Assembly: GCA_964016885.1 (NCBI GenBank)
Contig: OZ024741.1
Location: 210,180,001-210,244,000 of the forward strand
Direction of reading: 5' to 3'
Length of the DNA stretch: 64,000 bases
Source: Eledone cirrhosa
Taxonomy: Eukaryota
In this document: piece by piece, positions 1 to 14,200 of the stretch
How positions within the stretch are numbered: position 1 is the stretch's first letter
How the letters are laid out: the number at the start of each line of letters is the position of its first letter
Made by a program: the position numbers and the translations under genes
Notes under the pieces: generated by a model
The model's database searches: none
Told to the model about the DNA's origin: nothing
What the model saw: the letters and a program-made list of their open reading frames with translations, nothing else

Positions 1-1455
1 AACACGCCTGCCCACATCATAAACCGACTTTTTAAGGGTCGGCCAATCCTCACCAAGATCTGCAGCCAAAGATCTCTTCTTCCAATGTCCTCTTCACATT
101 TTTATCCTTAAGACGAGCAGTATTCAATCTTTTGGGCAGGGTAACACCAGGAGCCTGGATTTTACGTTTGGTGATTAGTTTCACTTTTGCGCGTACCAGG
201 CGGTGGTCCGTCCAGCACTCAGCTCCACGAAGAACACGAACACACTGCACATCCTGTCTGTCACGCATCCTGACTAGGACGTAGTCCAAAAGATGCCATT
301 CCTTAGATGCAGGATGCATCCACGTGGTCTTGAATTTGTTCTTTTGTTGGAACATGGTGTTGGTAACACACAGATCCAGCTCCTCACACATCTGCAGCAG
401 GAGCATACCATTGCTGTTACACTTTCCCACCCATGCCTTCCTATTACATTCCATGTGTTAAAATCCCTACCCACTCTAGCATTAAAGTCACCAAGCACGA
501 TGACTTTGTCTGCCTGAGGGATATTTCTTAGAACACCTTTCAAGGCATGGTAAAAGGACAGTTTTTCTTCATCGACAGAATTCATAGTTGGAGCATACAC
601 ACTCACCAGGGTAGCATATCTTCCTTTGTCCAGCGGAACTCTCATGGACATAAGACGCTCACTAATCCCTACTGGGAATTCTTCTAATTTATTCACAAGT
701 AGTCTTAACAGCAAATCCTACCCCAGCCTCTCTTCTGGTTCCTTCATCTCTTCCTTTCCAGAAGAATGTATATTCTCCACAAAATTCCGTAAGATGACCA
801 TCTCCAGCTAACCTCGTCTCAGACAAAGCCACGATGTCAAGATCGTAACGTCGAAGCTCCTTTGCAACAAGAGCGGTCCTTCGTTCAGGACGCTCCAAGG
901 AATCCCTGTCAAGCAGCGTCCGTACGTTCCAGCAGCCGAGACTAAATGCCTTGTTTGGCTCTATTACAATGGCACGATGACGAGCGGGCCCAGGCTGTGA
1001 TAACTTGGGGCCCCTGCCCTTATTGCCAATGATCTTTTTTGTTCCAGAACCTAAATTGCCAATTATCTCTTTTACATTGTTCTGGAACATCATTGAATTT
1101 GAAAAAAAAAAAAAGTAATAATAATAATAGTAATAATAATAATAATAATAGTACACTATTAATAATTATTAATGCACTCGTGCAATGCCTGTGCGTGACG
1201 AAGATTTTTAAAGTGAGGAAAGACTGTGCACTGAGCTAATCCCACTCTCTGAGCGACAGTAGCTATAACCCGAAAAGAAGAAAAGATCAACATCATCGGT
1301 AACTACTGAGCCGCAGGTTTTATATCGGGGTTAACCCAGTTTCCTGAGATGCCTTCTCCTAGAAGAATGCCCTGACAAGGGCTAGGGGTTCTTCACTCCC
1401 AGTGGTTTAACTGCGCGATCGGGCATCCATCCCGATTATTTCTATGTCCCTGCGC
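1..1455 (-). mobile_element. 5' part of an RTE-clade (BovB-like) LINE: 5' UTR plus frameshifted APE endonuclease; continues beyond the window start
   Basis: Three overlapping minus-strand ORFs join into one APE domain: WNVRTLLD...DIVALSETRL...TFFWKG...GVGFAV / SVYAPT...VLGDFNARVG / TNTMFQQK...TWMHP...LLDYVLVR...WTDHRLV. Frameshifts near 700 and 430. A microsatellite interrupts 1100-1172. RTE-like 5' UTR stem-loops at 1290-1440. Confidence 0.9.
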
Positions 1456-1784
1456 AAAAAAAAAAAAAAAATGTGTATATAATAAAATAAATAATTCGAT
1501 TTTCCGATTTTTACCATTTTCTACATAAATCATACACCTTTAGCAGTGTCACAATATCAGGTTATATACGTGTGTGTGATATATATTGCTTTTATCCTTC
1601 TATGTTGTTCACTTGTCCCCCTCGCTTTACGCGATTTACTGGTCCCAATAACTTTTTTTAGTTATTGCTCGCACCAACCTGAGGTATCTGATTTTTAATG
1701 ATGGTTGGAAAATCACTGACGAAGGACTATTTTTATCATATGTAACCTATGTGCAACCACGCAGTATTCTTCTTTCTTCTCATG

Positions 1785-1820
<36 letters not shown>

Positions 1821-1826
<6 letters not shown>

Positions 1827-2660
1827 TTATAAGAATCAAAGAACTGTTTAAATCATTTATATGCAATTTATTAATGAATTATCACATATATGACCTCCTC
1901 TTCAACCCAAGAGACATACAGATAGATATGCAAATATTGTTGCTTGGTAGGTCGACAACCATTATAATATTTAGTGTGGCAGTATACATTTAAAGGTTAC
2001 ATTTATATCAAAAGAGGATCAAATCAAAAACACAGGTTAAAATACAACATGAAATTAATGCGATAGGATAAGCAGTTATTGTGTGCAATAGTTACACGTG
2101 TAGCACGCACGTGTGTCTTGTTTATATAATGCTATAGTGCGGCAGAGTGTTACATGCAATAGAAGCATTTACACAGGCGATCAAGAGTGTTAAAGGGGTT
2201 GAACTGGTAATGAATTCTTTATATTAATGTTATAGAAGGCTTCTATAACATTAATATAAAGTGCCGCACTATAGCATTATATAAACAAGACACACGTGCG
2301 TGCCACACGTGTAACTATTTCACACAATAACTGCTTATCCTATCGCATTAATTTCATGTTGTATTTTAACCTGTTTTTTTGATTTTATCCTCTTTTGATA
2401 TAAATGTAACCTTTAAATGTATACTGCCAGACTAAATATTATAATGGTTGTCGACCTACCAAGCAACAATATTTGCATATGTATCTGTATGTCTCTTGGG
2501 TTGAAGAGGAGGTCATATATGTAATAATTCATTAATAAATTGCTCCGAAGAATCCAAACCTCGGTTTGGAGGAAACAATTGTAAGCATATAAATGATTTA
2601 AATAGTTCTTTGATTCTTATAACTTATATATAACTGCTCTGTAAAACATCTGATGTTATT
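1821..2660. mobile_element. Penelope-like (PLE) terminal sequence forming a fold-back inverted repeat
   Basis: 1821-2144 is the reverse complement of 2261-2630. The spacer holds a perfect hairpin at 2217-2261. The right arm carries an HHR-like motif. Abuts (TA)n. Confidence 0.7.
2541..2587 (+). ncRNA. Minimal type I hammerhead-like motif with variant core CCGAAGA
   Basis: tgct-CCGAAGA-a-tccaaacc-tc-ggtttgga-g-GAAAC-aatt-GTA-agca: stem I tgct/agca, 8-bp stem II, palindromic stem III. Confidence 0.55.
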
Positions 2661-2815
2661 ACATTGAGGTATTTAACTTACTGGTAATAGGGTAGTAATA
2701 TACTACTGCCTATCACTATTTAGGGTTTGTAAAAATATATATAACTATAAAAGGTTTTTGTATTTGCATAACCATAAATAGTATCCTTAATACTATATAT
2801 ATATATATATATATA

Positions 2816-3188
2816 TATACAGATATATTAGACAAATAGAAGTGTGTTACACAGTGAAATGTGTGTAAAGAATTATTACAAGTGATTTTTACCGTTACTG
2901 TATAGAAAACAATATCTACAGGTTTAGCAATTAAATAGAAAAAAACCTAAGTCAGAATCAAATCTCTGAAGTAGAGTTTTAAATTACTAACCTTATAACT
3001 ATAAGTTATGAGGTTAGTAATTTAAAACTCTACTTCAGAGATTTGATTCTGACTTAGGTTTTTTTCTATTTAATTGCTAAACCTGTAGATATTGTTTTCT
3101 ATACAGTAACGGTAAAAATCACTTGTAATAATTCGTTACACACATTTCACTGTGTAACACACTTCTATTTGTGTAATATATCTGTATC
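2816..3188. repeat. Near-perfect fold-back palindrome, ~185-bp arms, centre ~3001
   Basis: 2816-3000 is the reverse complement of 3003-3188 with few mismatches; starts at a (TA)n tract. Confidence 0.9.
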
Positions 3189-3249
3189 TGAGCTCAGAAG
3201 AAAATTCTCTATTTTTCTTTGAGCTAATATTATTATTATTATTATTATT

Positions 3250-3325
3250 GCGATAAAATAAAGTACCAGTAATGTACTGGTGTATTTGCTGGCCTTGTGC
3301 CTAAAGTAGAAACAATTATTATTAT
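3250..3325 (+). mobile_element. SINE 3' fragment
   Basis: cgataaaataaagtaccagtaat...gctggccttgtgcctaaagtagaaacaatt matches the 3' half of the complete SINE copy at 60512-60702. Confidence 0.8.
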
Positions 3326-3362
3326 TACTGTGACCTGCGGAATACTCTTAATTCCGATCCTA

Positions 3363-3396
<34 letters not shown>

Positions 3397-3453
3397 TTAC
3401 ATACACACACTATACATATAAACTAGTTGATTATATATATACACATATAATGT

Positions 3454-3522
<69 letters not shown>

Positions 3523-3590
3523 ACATGTATGTATGTATGTATGTATATGTGTATATGTATATGTGTATATGTATGTATATATATATATGT

Positions 3591-4248
3591 ATACAAAATT
3601 TAGTACACCATCATCGAAGCTCTGGTTGCAGCCAAGCTAACGAATGCAGTCTCAGTGTGCAGCTAAGCACTCAATAGGGTTTATTACACTAGATTTATAA
3701 CATTACGTTTAGACAGCCTTGCAAATTGAGGACAGCTACCGATAGACGGGCCGCAGTGACCTTAGCGACGAAAGAAACTGAACTCAGGAAAAAATTTGAC
3801 TAACCTGGACCATCGCGTCGATATTATACATGGTATATATCATGATATATACCATAAAATATACATCACATATAATATATAATATGTCCGCTAGGTTTCT
3901 GTAAATCCGAAATCGACAAAATCCACTTGCAGGGGTCTGCAAGTTAATGGTTTTGGATGATAGAACAAGGAATTTACTTCGTCAACAAGTTCTCGTCCGC
4001 CCGGGTATGAATGCTATCAGTAAGCACTGCTAGAAGGCACATGGTTTTCCCGAAGGGAGGTAACCCCGGTTTTGGCGGTCAATTCGAATTTGGAACAAAG
4101 GAAAAAATTCCCTTACACAAACCGAATTAAGCACTCAACTAGAAGTTATCAAACAAAGATAAACAATTAATCAATCAATAGAATTGTCTAATTAAATTAA
4201 TCAATTAATCGTTAATTCTAGGAGATAATAATACAAAATTTAGTACAG

Positions 4249-4254
<6 letters not shown>
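3591..4254 (-). mobile_element. Probable PLE pLTR/retrozyme-like unit bounded by 24-bp direct repeats
   Basis: atacaaaatttagtaca(c/g)catcat at 3591 and 4231; flanked by TA tracts; degenerate HHR-like motif on the minus strand at ~3885-3990. Confidence 0.45.
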
Positions 4255-4294
<40 letters not shown>

Positions 4295-4379
4295 GTACGA
4301 TATTTATCTACTTTATAACTACTTTATAAATATGAATATATGCATATATAATGAATATATATTTACATGCAAACACGTT

Positions 4380-4433
<54 letters not shown>

Positions 4434-4557
4434 TGTGTGTGTGTAAGGGGGCTGATGCAAGATTTCAGCGCAGCTATACGTGTTTGCATGTAAATATATA
4501 CATTATATAGGCATATATTCATATTTATAAAGTAGTTATAAAGTAGATAAATATCGT

Positions 4558-4668
<111 letters not shown>

Positions 4669-4827
4669 ATATATGCATATATTCATATTTATAAAGTAGT
4701 TATAAAGTAGATAAATATCGTACGTATATACATATATATATATATATACAAATATATATACATATACACATATACATACATATATATATTCATATACACA
4801 CATATATATATACATATACAGATATAC

Positions 4828-4864
<37 letters not shown>

Positions 4865-4931
4865 TTCATATACACATATACATATATATATGCATATACA
4901 TATATGTATATAGACATAAACATACACACAC

Positions 4932-4974
<43 letters not shown>

Positions 4975-5290
4975 CATATATATATACACATGCACATATA
5001 AATATATATACATATATACACATACACATATAAATATATATATATATACACACAAATATATTTATATAATTAAAGTAAATTTCATTTATACATAATTAAT
5101 CAATATATTTCTAGCATTGAACAGACAGACACTGAATAGTTAAACAAAAGGGTGTCGATACAAAGAGACGCAATGGCTGTGATATTGAGAATTTTTAGCT
5201 GATTAATAATCTAATGACTGTTGGAAACTGCTTTACTCGTTCTCATCATATCCAATTCTTAAGTGTTTCTACGATACGAATGCCAGCGAT

Positions 5291-8200
5291 TATCGTTAGC
5301 TGTTCTCTATAGTAATACCTTACACTATCTTGTCTGTGGGGCACAGCTGAGATATCGTATCACTGACTGTTGTCTATAGTAATACCTTACACTATCTTGT
5401 CTGTGGGGCACAGCTGAGATATCCTATCACTGGCTGTTCTCTATAGTAATACCTTACAATATCTTGTCTGTGGGGCACAGCTGAGATATCGTATCACTGG
5501 CTGTTCTCTACAGTAATACCTTACAATATCTTGTCTGTGGGGCACAGCTGAGATATCGTATCACTGACTGTTGTCTATAGTAATACCTTACACTATCTTG
5601 TCTGTGGGGCACAGTTGAGATATCGTATCACTGGCTGTTCTCTACAGTAATATCTTACAATATCTTGTCTGTGGGGCACAGCTGAGATATCGTATCACTA
5701 GCTGTTCTCTATAGTAATACCTTACACTATGTTTTCTGTGGGGTACAGCTGAGATATCGTATCACTAGCTGTTCTCTATAGTAATACCTTACACTATCTT
5801 TTCTGTGGGGCACAGCTGAGATATCGTATCACTAGCTGTTCTCTATAGTAATACCTTACATTATCTTTTCTGTGGGGCACAGCTGAGATATCGTATCACT
5901 AGCTGTTCTCTATAGTAATACCTTACACTATCTTTTCTGTGGGGCACAGCTGAGATATCGTATCACTGACTGTTGTCTATAGTAATACCTTACACTATCT
6001 TGTCTGTGGGGCACAGCTGAGATATCGTATCACTGACTGTTGTCTATAGTAATACCTTACACTATCTTGTCTGTGGGGCACAGCTGAGATATCGTATCAC
6101 TGGCTGTTGTCTACAGTAATACCTTACAATATCTTGTCTGTGGGGCACAGCTGAGATATCGTATCACTAGCTGTTGTCTACAGTAATACCTTACAATATC
6201 TTGTCTGTGGACTCACAGCTGAGATATCGTATCACTGGCTGTTGTCTACAGTAATACCTTACACTATCTTGTCTGTGGACTCACAGCTGAGATATCGTAT
6301 CACTGGCTGTTGTCTACAGCAATACCTTACAATATCTTGTCTGTGGACTCACAGCTGAGATATCGTATCACTAGCTGTTGTCTACAGTAATATCTTACAC
6401 TATCTTGTCTGTGGGGCACAGCTGAGATATCGTATCACTAGCTGTTGTCTACAGTAATACCTTACAATAACTTGTCTGTGGGGCACAGCTGAGATATCGT
6501 ATCACTAGATGTTGTCTACAGTAATACCTTACAATATCTTGTCTGTGGACTCACAGCTGAGATATCGTATCACTGGCTGTTGTCTACAGTAATACCATAC
6601 AATATCCTGTCTGTGGACTCACAGCTGAGATATCGTATCACTAGCTGTTGTCTACAGTAATATCTTACACTATCTTGTCTGTGGGGCACAGCTGAGATAT
6701 CGTATCACTAACTGTTGTCTACAGTAATACCATACAATATCTTGTCTGTGGGACACAGCTGAGATATCGTATCACTAGCTGTTGTCTACAGTAATACCTT
6801 ACAATATATTGTCTGTGGACTCACAGCTGAGATATCGTATCACTAACTGTTGTCTACAGTAATACCTTACAATATCTTGTATGTGGACTCACAGCTGAGA
6901 TATCGTATCACTAGCTGTTGTCTACAGTAATACCTTACAATATCCTGTCTGTGGACTCACAGCTGAGATATCGTATCACTGGCTGTTGTCTACAGTAATA
7001 TCTTACACTATCTTGTCTGTGGGGCACAGCTGAGATATCGTATCACTAGCTGTTGTCTACAGTATTACCATACAATATCTTGTCTGTGGGACACAGCTGA
7101 GATATCGTATCAATGGTTGTTGTCTACAGTAATATCTTACACTATCTTGTCTGTGGGGCACAGCTGAGATATCGTATCACTGGCTGTTGTCTACAGTAAT
7201 ACCTTACAATATCGTATCACTAGCTGTTTTCTACAGTAATACCTTACAATATCTTGTCAGTGGACTCACAGCTGAGATATCGTATCACTAGCTGTTGTCT
7301 ACAGTAATACCTTACAATATCTTGTCTGTGGACTCACAGCTGAGATATCGTATCACTAGCTGTTGTCTACAGTAATACATTACAATATCTTGTCTGTGGA
7401 CTCACAGCTGAGATATCGTATCACTAGCTGTTGTCTACAGTAATACATTACAATATCTTGTCTGTGGACTCACAGCTGAGATATCGTATCACTAGCTGTT
7501 GTCTACAGTAATACCTTACAATATCGTATCACTAGCTGTTGTCTACAGTAATACCTTACAATATCTTGTCTGTGGACTCACAGCTGAGATATCGTATCAC
7601 TAGCTGTTGTCTACAGTAATACCTTAGAATATCTTGTCTGTGGACTCACAGATGAGATATTGTATCACTAGCTGCTGTCTACAGTAATACATTACACTAT
7701 CTTGTCTGTGGGCTCACAGCTGAGATATCGTATCACTGGCTGTTGTCTACAGTAATACCTTACACTATCTTGTCTGTGGGGCACAGCTGAGATATCGTAT
7801 CACTAGCTGTTGTCTACAGTAATATCTTACACTATCTTGTCTGTGCACTCACAGCTGAGATATCGTATCACTGGCTGTTGTCTACAGTAATATCTTACAA
7901 TATCTTGTCTGTGGACTCACAGCTGAGATATCGTATCACTGGCTGTTGTCTACAGTAATACCTTACAATATCTTGTCTGTGCACTCACAGCTGAGATATC
8001 GTATCACTAGCTGTTGTCTACAGTAATACCTTTCAATATATTGTCTGTGGACTCACAGCTGAGATATCGTATCACTAGCTGTTGTCTACAGTAATACCTT
8101 ACAATATCTTGTCTGTGGACTCACAGCTGAGTTATCGTATCACTAGCTGTTGTCTAGAGTAATATCTTACACTATCTTGTCTGTGGGGCACAGCTGAGAT

Positions 8201-11200
8201 ATCGTATCACTAGCTGTTGTCTACAGTAATATCTTACAATATCTTGTCTGTGGGGCACAGCTGAGATATCGTATCACTAGCTGTTGTCTACAGTAATATC
8301 TTACACTATCTTGTCTGTGCACTCACAGCTGAGATATCGTATCACTGGCTGTTGTCTACAGTAATATCTTACAATATCTTGTCTGTGGACTCACAGCTGA
8401 GATATCGTATCACTGGCTGTTGTCTACAGTAATACCTTACAATATCTTGTCTGTGCACTCACAGCTGAGATATCGTATCACTAGCTGTTGTCTACAGTAA
8501 TACCTTACAATATCTTGTCTGTGGGGCACAGCTGAGTTATCGTATCACTAGCTGTTGTCTAGAGTAACACCTTACAATATCTTGTCTGTGGGACACAGCT
8601 GAGATATCGTATCACTGGCTGTTATCTATAGTAATACCTTACAATATCTTGTCTGTGGGGTACAGCTGAGTTATCGTATCACTAGCTGTTGTATACAGTA
8701 ATACCTTACAATATCGTATCACTAGCTGTTGACTATAGTATTACCTTACTATATCTTGTCTGTGGGACACAGCTGAGGTATCGTATCACTGGCTGTTGTC
8801 TACAGTAATACCTTACAATATATTGTCTGTGGATTCACAGCTGAGATATCGTATCACTAGCTGTTGTCTACAGTAATACCTTTCAATATATTGTCTGTGG
8901 ACTCACAGCTGAGATATCGTATCACTAGCTGTTGTCTACAGTAATACCTTACAATATCTTGTCTGTGGACTCACAGCTGAGATATCGTATCACTAGATGT
9001 TGTCTACAGTAATACCTTACAATATCTTGTCTGTGGACTCACAGCTGAGATATCGTATCACTGGCTGTTGTCTACAGTAATACCATACAATATATTGTCT
9101 GTGGATTCACAGCTGAGATATCGTATCACTAGCTGTTGTCTACAGTAATACCTTACAATATATTGTCTGTGGACTCACAGCTGAGATATCGTATCACTAA
9201 CTGTTGTCTACAGTAATACCTTACAATATCTTGTATGTGGACTCACAGCTGAGATATCGTATCACTAGCTGTTGTCTACAGTAATACCTTACAATATCCT
9301 GTCTGTGGACTCACAGCTGAGATATCGTATCACTGGCTGTTGTCTACAGTAATATCTTACACTATCTTGTCTGTGGGGCACAGCTGAGATATCGTATCAC
9401 TAGCTGTTGTCTACAGTATTACCATACAATATCTTGTCTGTGGGACACAGCTGAGATATCGTATCAATGGTTGTTGTCTACAGTAATATCTTACACTATC
9501 TTGTCTGTGGGGCACAGCTGAGATATCGTATCACTGGCTGTTGTCTACAGTAATACCTTACAATATCGTATCACTAGCTGTTTTCTACAGTAATACCTTA
9601 CAATATCTTGTCAGTGGACTCACAGCTGAGATATCGTATCACTAGCTGTTGTCTACAGTAATACATTACAATATCTTGTCTGTGGACTCACAGCTGAGAT
9701 ATCGTATCACTAGCTGTTGTCTACAGTAATACATTACAATATCTTGTCTGTGGACTCACAGCTGAGATATCGTATCACTAGCTGTTGTCTACAGTAATAC
9801 CTTACAATATCGTATCACTAGCTGTTGTCTACAGTAATACCTTACAATATCTTGTCTGTGGACTCACAGCTGAGATATCGTATCACTAGCTGTTGTCTAC
9901 AGTAATACCTTAGAATATCTTGTCTGTGGACTCACAGATGAGATATTGTATCACTAGCTGCTGTCTACAGTAATACATTACACTATCTTGTCTGTGGGCT
10001 CACAGCTGAGATATCGTATCACTGGCTGTTGTCTACAGTAATACCTTACACTATCTTGTCTGTGGGGCACAGCTGAGATATCGTATCACTAGCTGTTGTC
10101 TACAGTAATATCTTACACTATCTTGTCTGTGCACTCACAGCTGAGATATCGTATCACTGGCTGTTGTCTACAGTAATATCTTACAATATCTTGTCTGTGG
10201 ACTCACAGCTGAGATATCGTATCACTGGCTGTTGTCTACAGTAATACCTTACAATATCTTGTCTGTGCACTCACAGCTGAGATATCGTATCACTAGCTGT
10301 TGTCTACAGTAATACCTTTCAATATATTGTCTGTGGACTCACAGCTGAGATATCGTATCACTAGCTGTTGTCTACAGTAATACCTTACAATATCTTGTCT
10401 GTGGACTCACAGCTGAGATATCGTATCACTAGCTGTTGTCTACAGTAATATCTTACACTATCTTGTCTTTGGGGCTTAGCTGAGACATCGTATCACTAGC
10501 TGTTGTCTACAGTAATACCATACAATATCTTGTCTGTGGGACACAGCTGAGATATCGTATCACTGGCTGTCATCTATAGTAATACCTTACAATATCTTGT
10601 CTGTTGGGCACAGCTGATTTATCGTATCACTGGCTGTTGTCTACAGTAATACCGTACAATATCTTGTCTGTGGACTCACAGCTGAGATATCGTATCACTA
10701 GCTGTTGTCTACAGTAATACCTTACAATATCTTGTCAGTGGACTCACAGCTGAGATATCGTATCACTAGCTGTTGTCTACAGTAATACCTTACAATATCT
10801 TGTCTGTGGACTCACAGCTATGATATCGTATCACTAGCTGTTGTCTACAGTAATACATTACAATATCTTGTCTGTGGACTCACAGCCGAGATATCGTATC
10901 ACTAGCTGTTGTCTACAGTAATACTTTACAATATCTTATCTGTGGACTCACTGCTGAGATATCGTATCACTGGCTGTTGTCTACAGTAATACTTTACACT
11001 ATCTTGTCTGTGGGGCACAGCTGAGTTATCGTATCACTAGCTGTTGTCTAGAGTAATATCTTACACTATCTTGTCTGTGGGGCACAGCTGAGATATCGTA
11101 TCACTAGCTGTTGTCTACAGTAATATCTTACAATATCTTGTCTGTGGGGCACATCTGAAATATCGTATCACTAGCTGTTGTCTACAGTAATACCTTACAA

Positions 11201-14200
11201 TATCTTGTCTGTGGGGCACAGCTGAGTTATCGTATCACTAGCTGTTGTCTAGAGTAATATCTTACACTATCTTGTCTGTGGGGCACAGCTGAGATATCGT
11301 ATCACTAGCTGTTGTCTACAGTAATATCTTACAATATCTTGTCTGTGCACTCACAGCTGAGATATCGTATCACTGGCTGTTGTCTACAGTAATACCTTAC
11401 AATATCTTGTCTGTGGGGCACAGCTGAGTTATCGTATCACTAGCTGTTGTCTAGAGTAATATCTTACACTATCTTGTCTGTTGGGCACAGCTGAGTTATC
11501 GTATCACTAGCTGTTGTCTAGAGTAACACCTTACAATATCTTGTCTGTGGGTCACAGCTGAGATATCGTATCACTGGCTGTTATCTATAGTAATACCTTA
11601 CAATATCTTGTCTGTGGGGTACAGCTGAGTTATCGTATCACTAGCTGTTGTATACAGTAATACCTTACAATATCGTATCACTAGCTGTTGACTATAGTAT
11701 TACCTTACTATATCTTGTCTGTGGGACACAGCTGAGGTATCGTATCACTGGCTGTTGTCTACAGTAATACCTTACAATATATTGTCTGTGGATTCACAGC
11801 TGAGATATCGTATCACTAGCTGTTGTCTACAGTAATACCTTTCAATATATTGTCTGTGGACTCACAGCTGAGATATCGTATCACTAGCTGTTGTCTACAG
11901 TAATACCTTACAATATCTTGTCTGTGGACTCACAGCTGAGATATCGTATCACTAGCTGTTGTCTACAGTAATATCTTACACTATCTTGTCTGTGGGGCAC
12001 AGCTGAGATATCGTATCACTAGCTGTTGTCTACAGTAATACCATACAATATCTTGTCTGTGGGACACAGCTGAGATATCGTATCAATGGTTGTTGTCTAC
12101 AGTAATACGTTACTATATCTTGTCTGTGGGACACAGCTGAGATATCGTATCACTGGCTGTCATCTATAGTAATACCTTACAATATCTTGTCTGTGGGGCA
12201 CAGCTGATTTATCGTATCACTGGCTGTTGTCTACAGTAATACCGTACAATATCTTGTCTGTGGACTCACAGCTGAGATATCGTATCACTAGCTGTTGTCT
12301 ACAGTAATACCTTACAATATCTTGTCAGTGGACTCACAGCTGAGATATCGTATCACTAGCTGTTGTCTACAGTAATACCTTACAATATCTTGTCTGTGGA
12401 CTCACAGCTATGATATCGTATCACTAGCTGTTGTCTACAGTAATACATTACAATATCTTGTCTGTGGACTCACAGCCGAGATATCGTATCACTAGCTGTT
12501 GTCTACAGTAATACATTACAATATCTTATCTGTGGACTCACTGCTGAGATATCGTATCACTGGCTGTTGTCTACAGTAATACCTTACACTATCTTGTCTG
12601 TGGGGCACAGCTGAGATATCGTATCACTAGCTGTTGTCTACAGTAATATCTTACACTATCTTGTCTGTGGACTCACAGCTGAGATATCGTATCACTAGCT
12701 GTTGTCTACAGTAATACCTTACACTATCTTGTCTGTGGGGCACATCTGAGATATCGTATCACTAGCTGTTGTCTACAGTAATACCTTTCAATATATTGTC
12801 TGTGGTCTCACAGCTGAGATATCGTATCACTAGCTGTTGTCTACAGTAATACCTTACAATATCTTGTATGTGGACTCACAGCTGAGATATCGTATCACTG
12901 GCTGTTGTCTACAGTAATACCTTACACTATCTTGTCTGTGGGGCACAGCTGAGATATCGTATCACTAGCTGTTGTCTACAGTAATATCTTACACTATCTT
13001 GTCTGTGGGGCACAGCTGAGATATCGTATCACTAGCTGTTGTCTACAGTAATATCTTACACTATCTTGTCTGTGGGGCACAGCTGAGATATCGTATCACT
13101 AGCTGTTGTCTACAGTAATACCTTACACTATCTTGTCTGTGGTGCACAGCTGAGATATCGTATCAATGGTTGTTGTCTACAGTAATATCTTACACTATCT
13201 TGTCTGTGGACTCACAGCTGAGATATCGTATCACTAGCTGTTGTCTACAGTAATACCTTACACTATCTAGTCTGTGGTGCACAGCTGAGATATCGTATCA
13301 ATGGTTGTTGTCTACAGTAATACCTTACACTATCTTGTCTGTGGACTCACAGCTGAGATATCGTATCACTGGCTGTTGTCTACAGTAATACATTACAATA
13401 TCGTATCACTAGCTGTTGTCTACAGTGATACCTTACAATATCTTGTATGTGGTACACAGCTGAGTTATCGTATCACTAGCTGTTGTCTAGAGTAATACCT
13501 TACACTATCTTGTCTGTGGACTCACAGCTGAGATATCGTATCACTAGCTGTTGTCTACAGTAATACCTTACACTATCTTGTCTGTGGGGCACAGCTGAGA
13601 TATCGTATCACTGGCTGTTATCTATAGTAATACCTTACAATATCTTGTCTGTGGGGCACAGCTGAGTTATCGTATCACTAGCTGTTGTATACAGTAATAC
13701 CTTACAATATCATATCACTAGCTGTTGACTATAGTAATACCTTACTATATCTTGTCTGTGGGACACAGCTGAGATATCGTATCACTGGCTGTTGTCTACA
13801 GTAATACCTTACAATATATTGTCTGTGGATTCACAGCTGAGATATCGTATCACTAGCTGTTGTCTACAGTAATACCTTACAATATCTTGTATGTGGACTC
13901 ACAGCTGAGATATCGTATCACTAGCTGTTGTCTACAGTAATATCTTACACTATCTTGTCAGTGGACTCACAGCTGAGATATCGTATCACTAGCTGTTGTC
14001 TACAGTAATACCATACAATATCTTGTCTGTGGGACACAGCTGAGATATCGTATCAATGGTTGTTGTCTACAGTAATACCTTACTATATCTTATCTGTGGG
14101 ACACAGCTGAGATATCGTATCACTGGCTGTCATCTATAGTAATACCTTACAATATCTTGTCTGTGGGGCACAGCTGATTTATCGTATCACTGGCTGTTGT

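Noticed and set aside
1700-1790. Hammerhead at cactgacgaagg (~1713)
   Set aside because: CTGACGA is present but no GAAA half or stem II follows; at most a decayed PLE end
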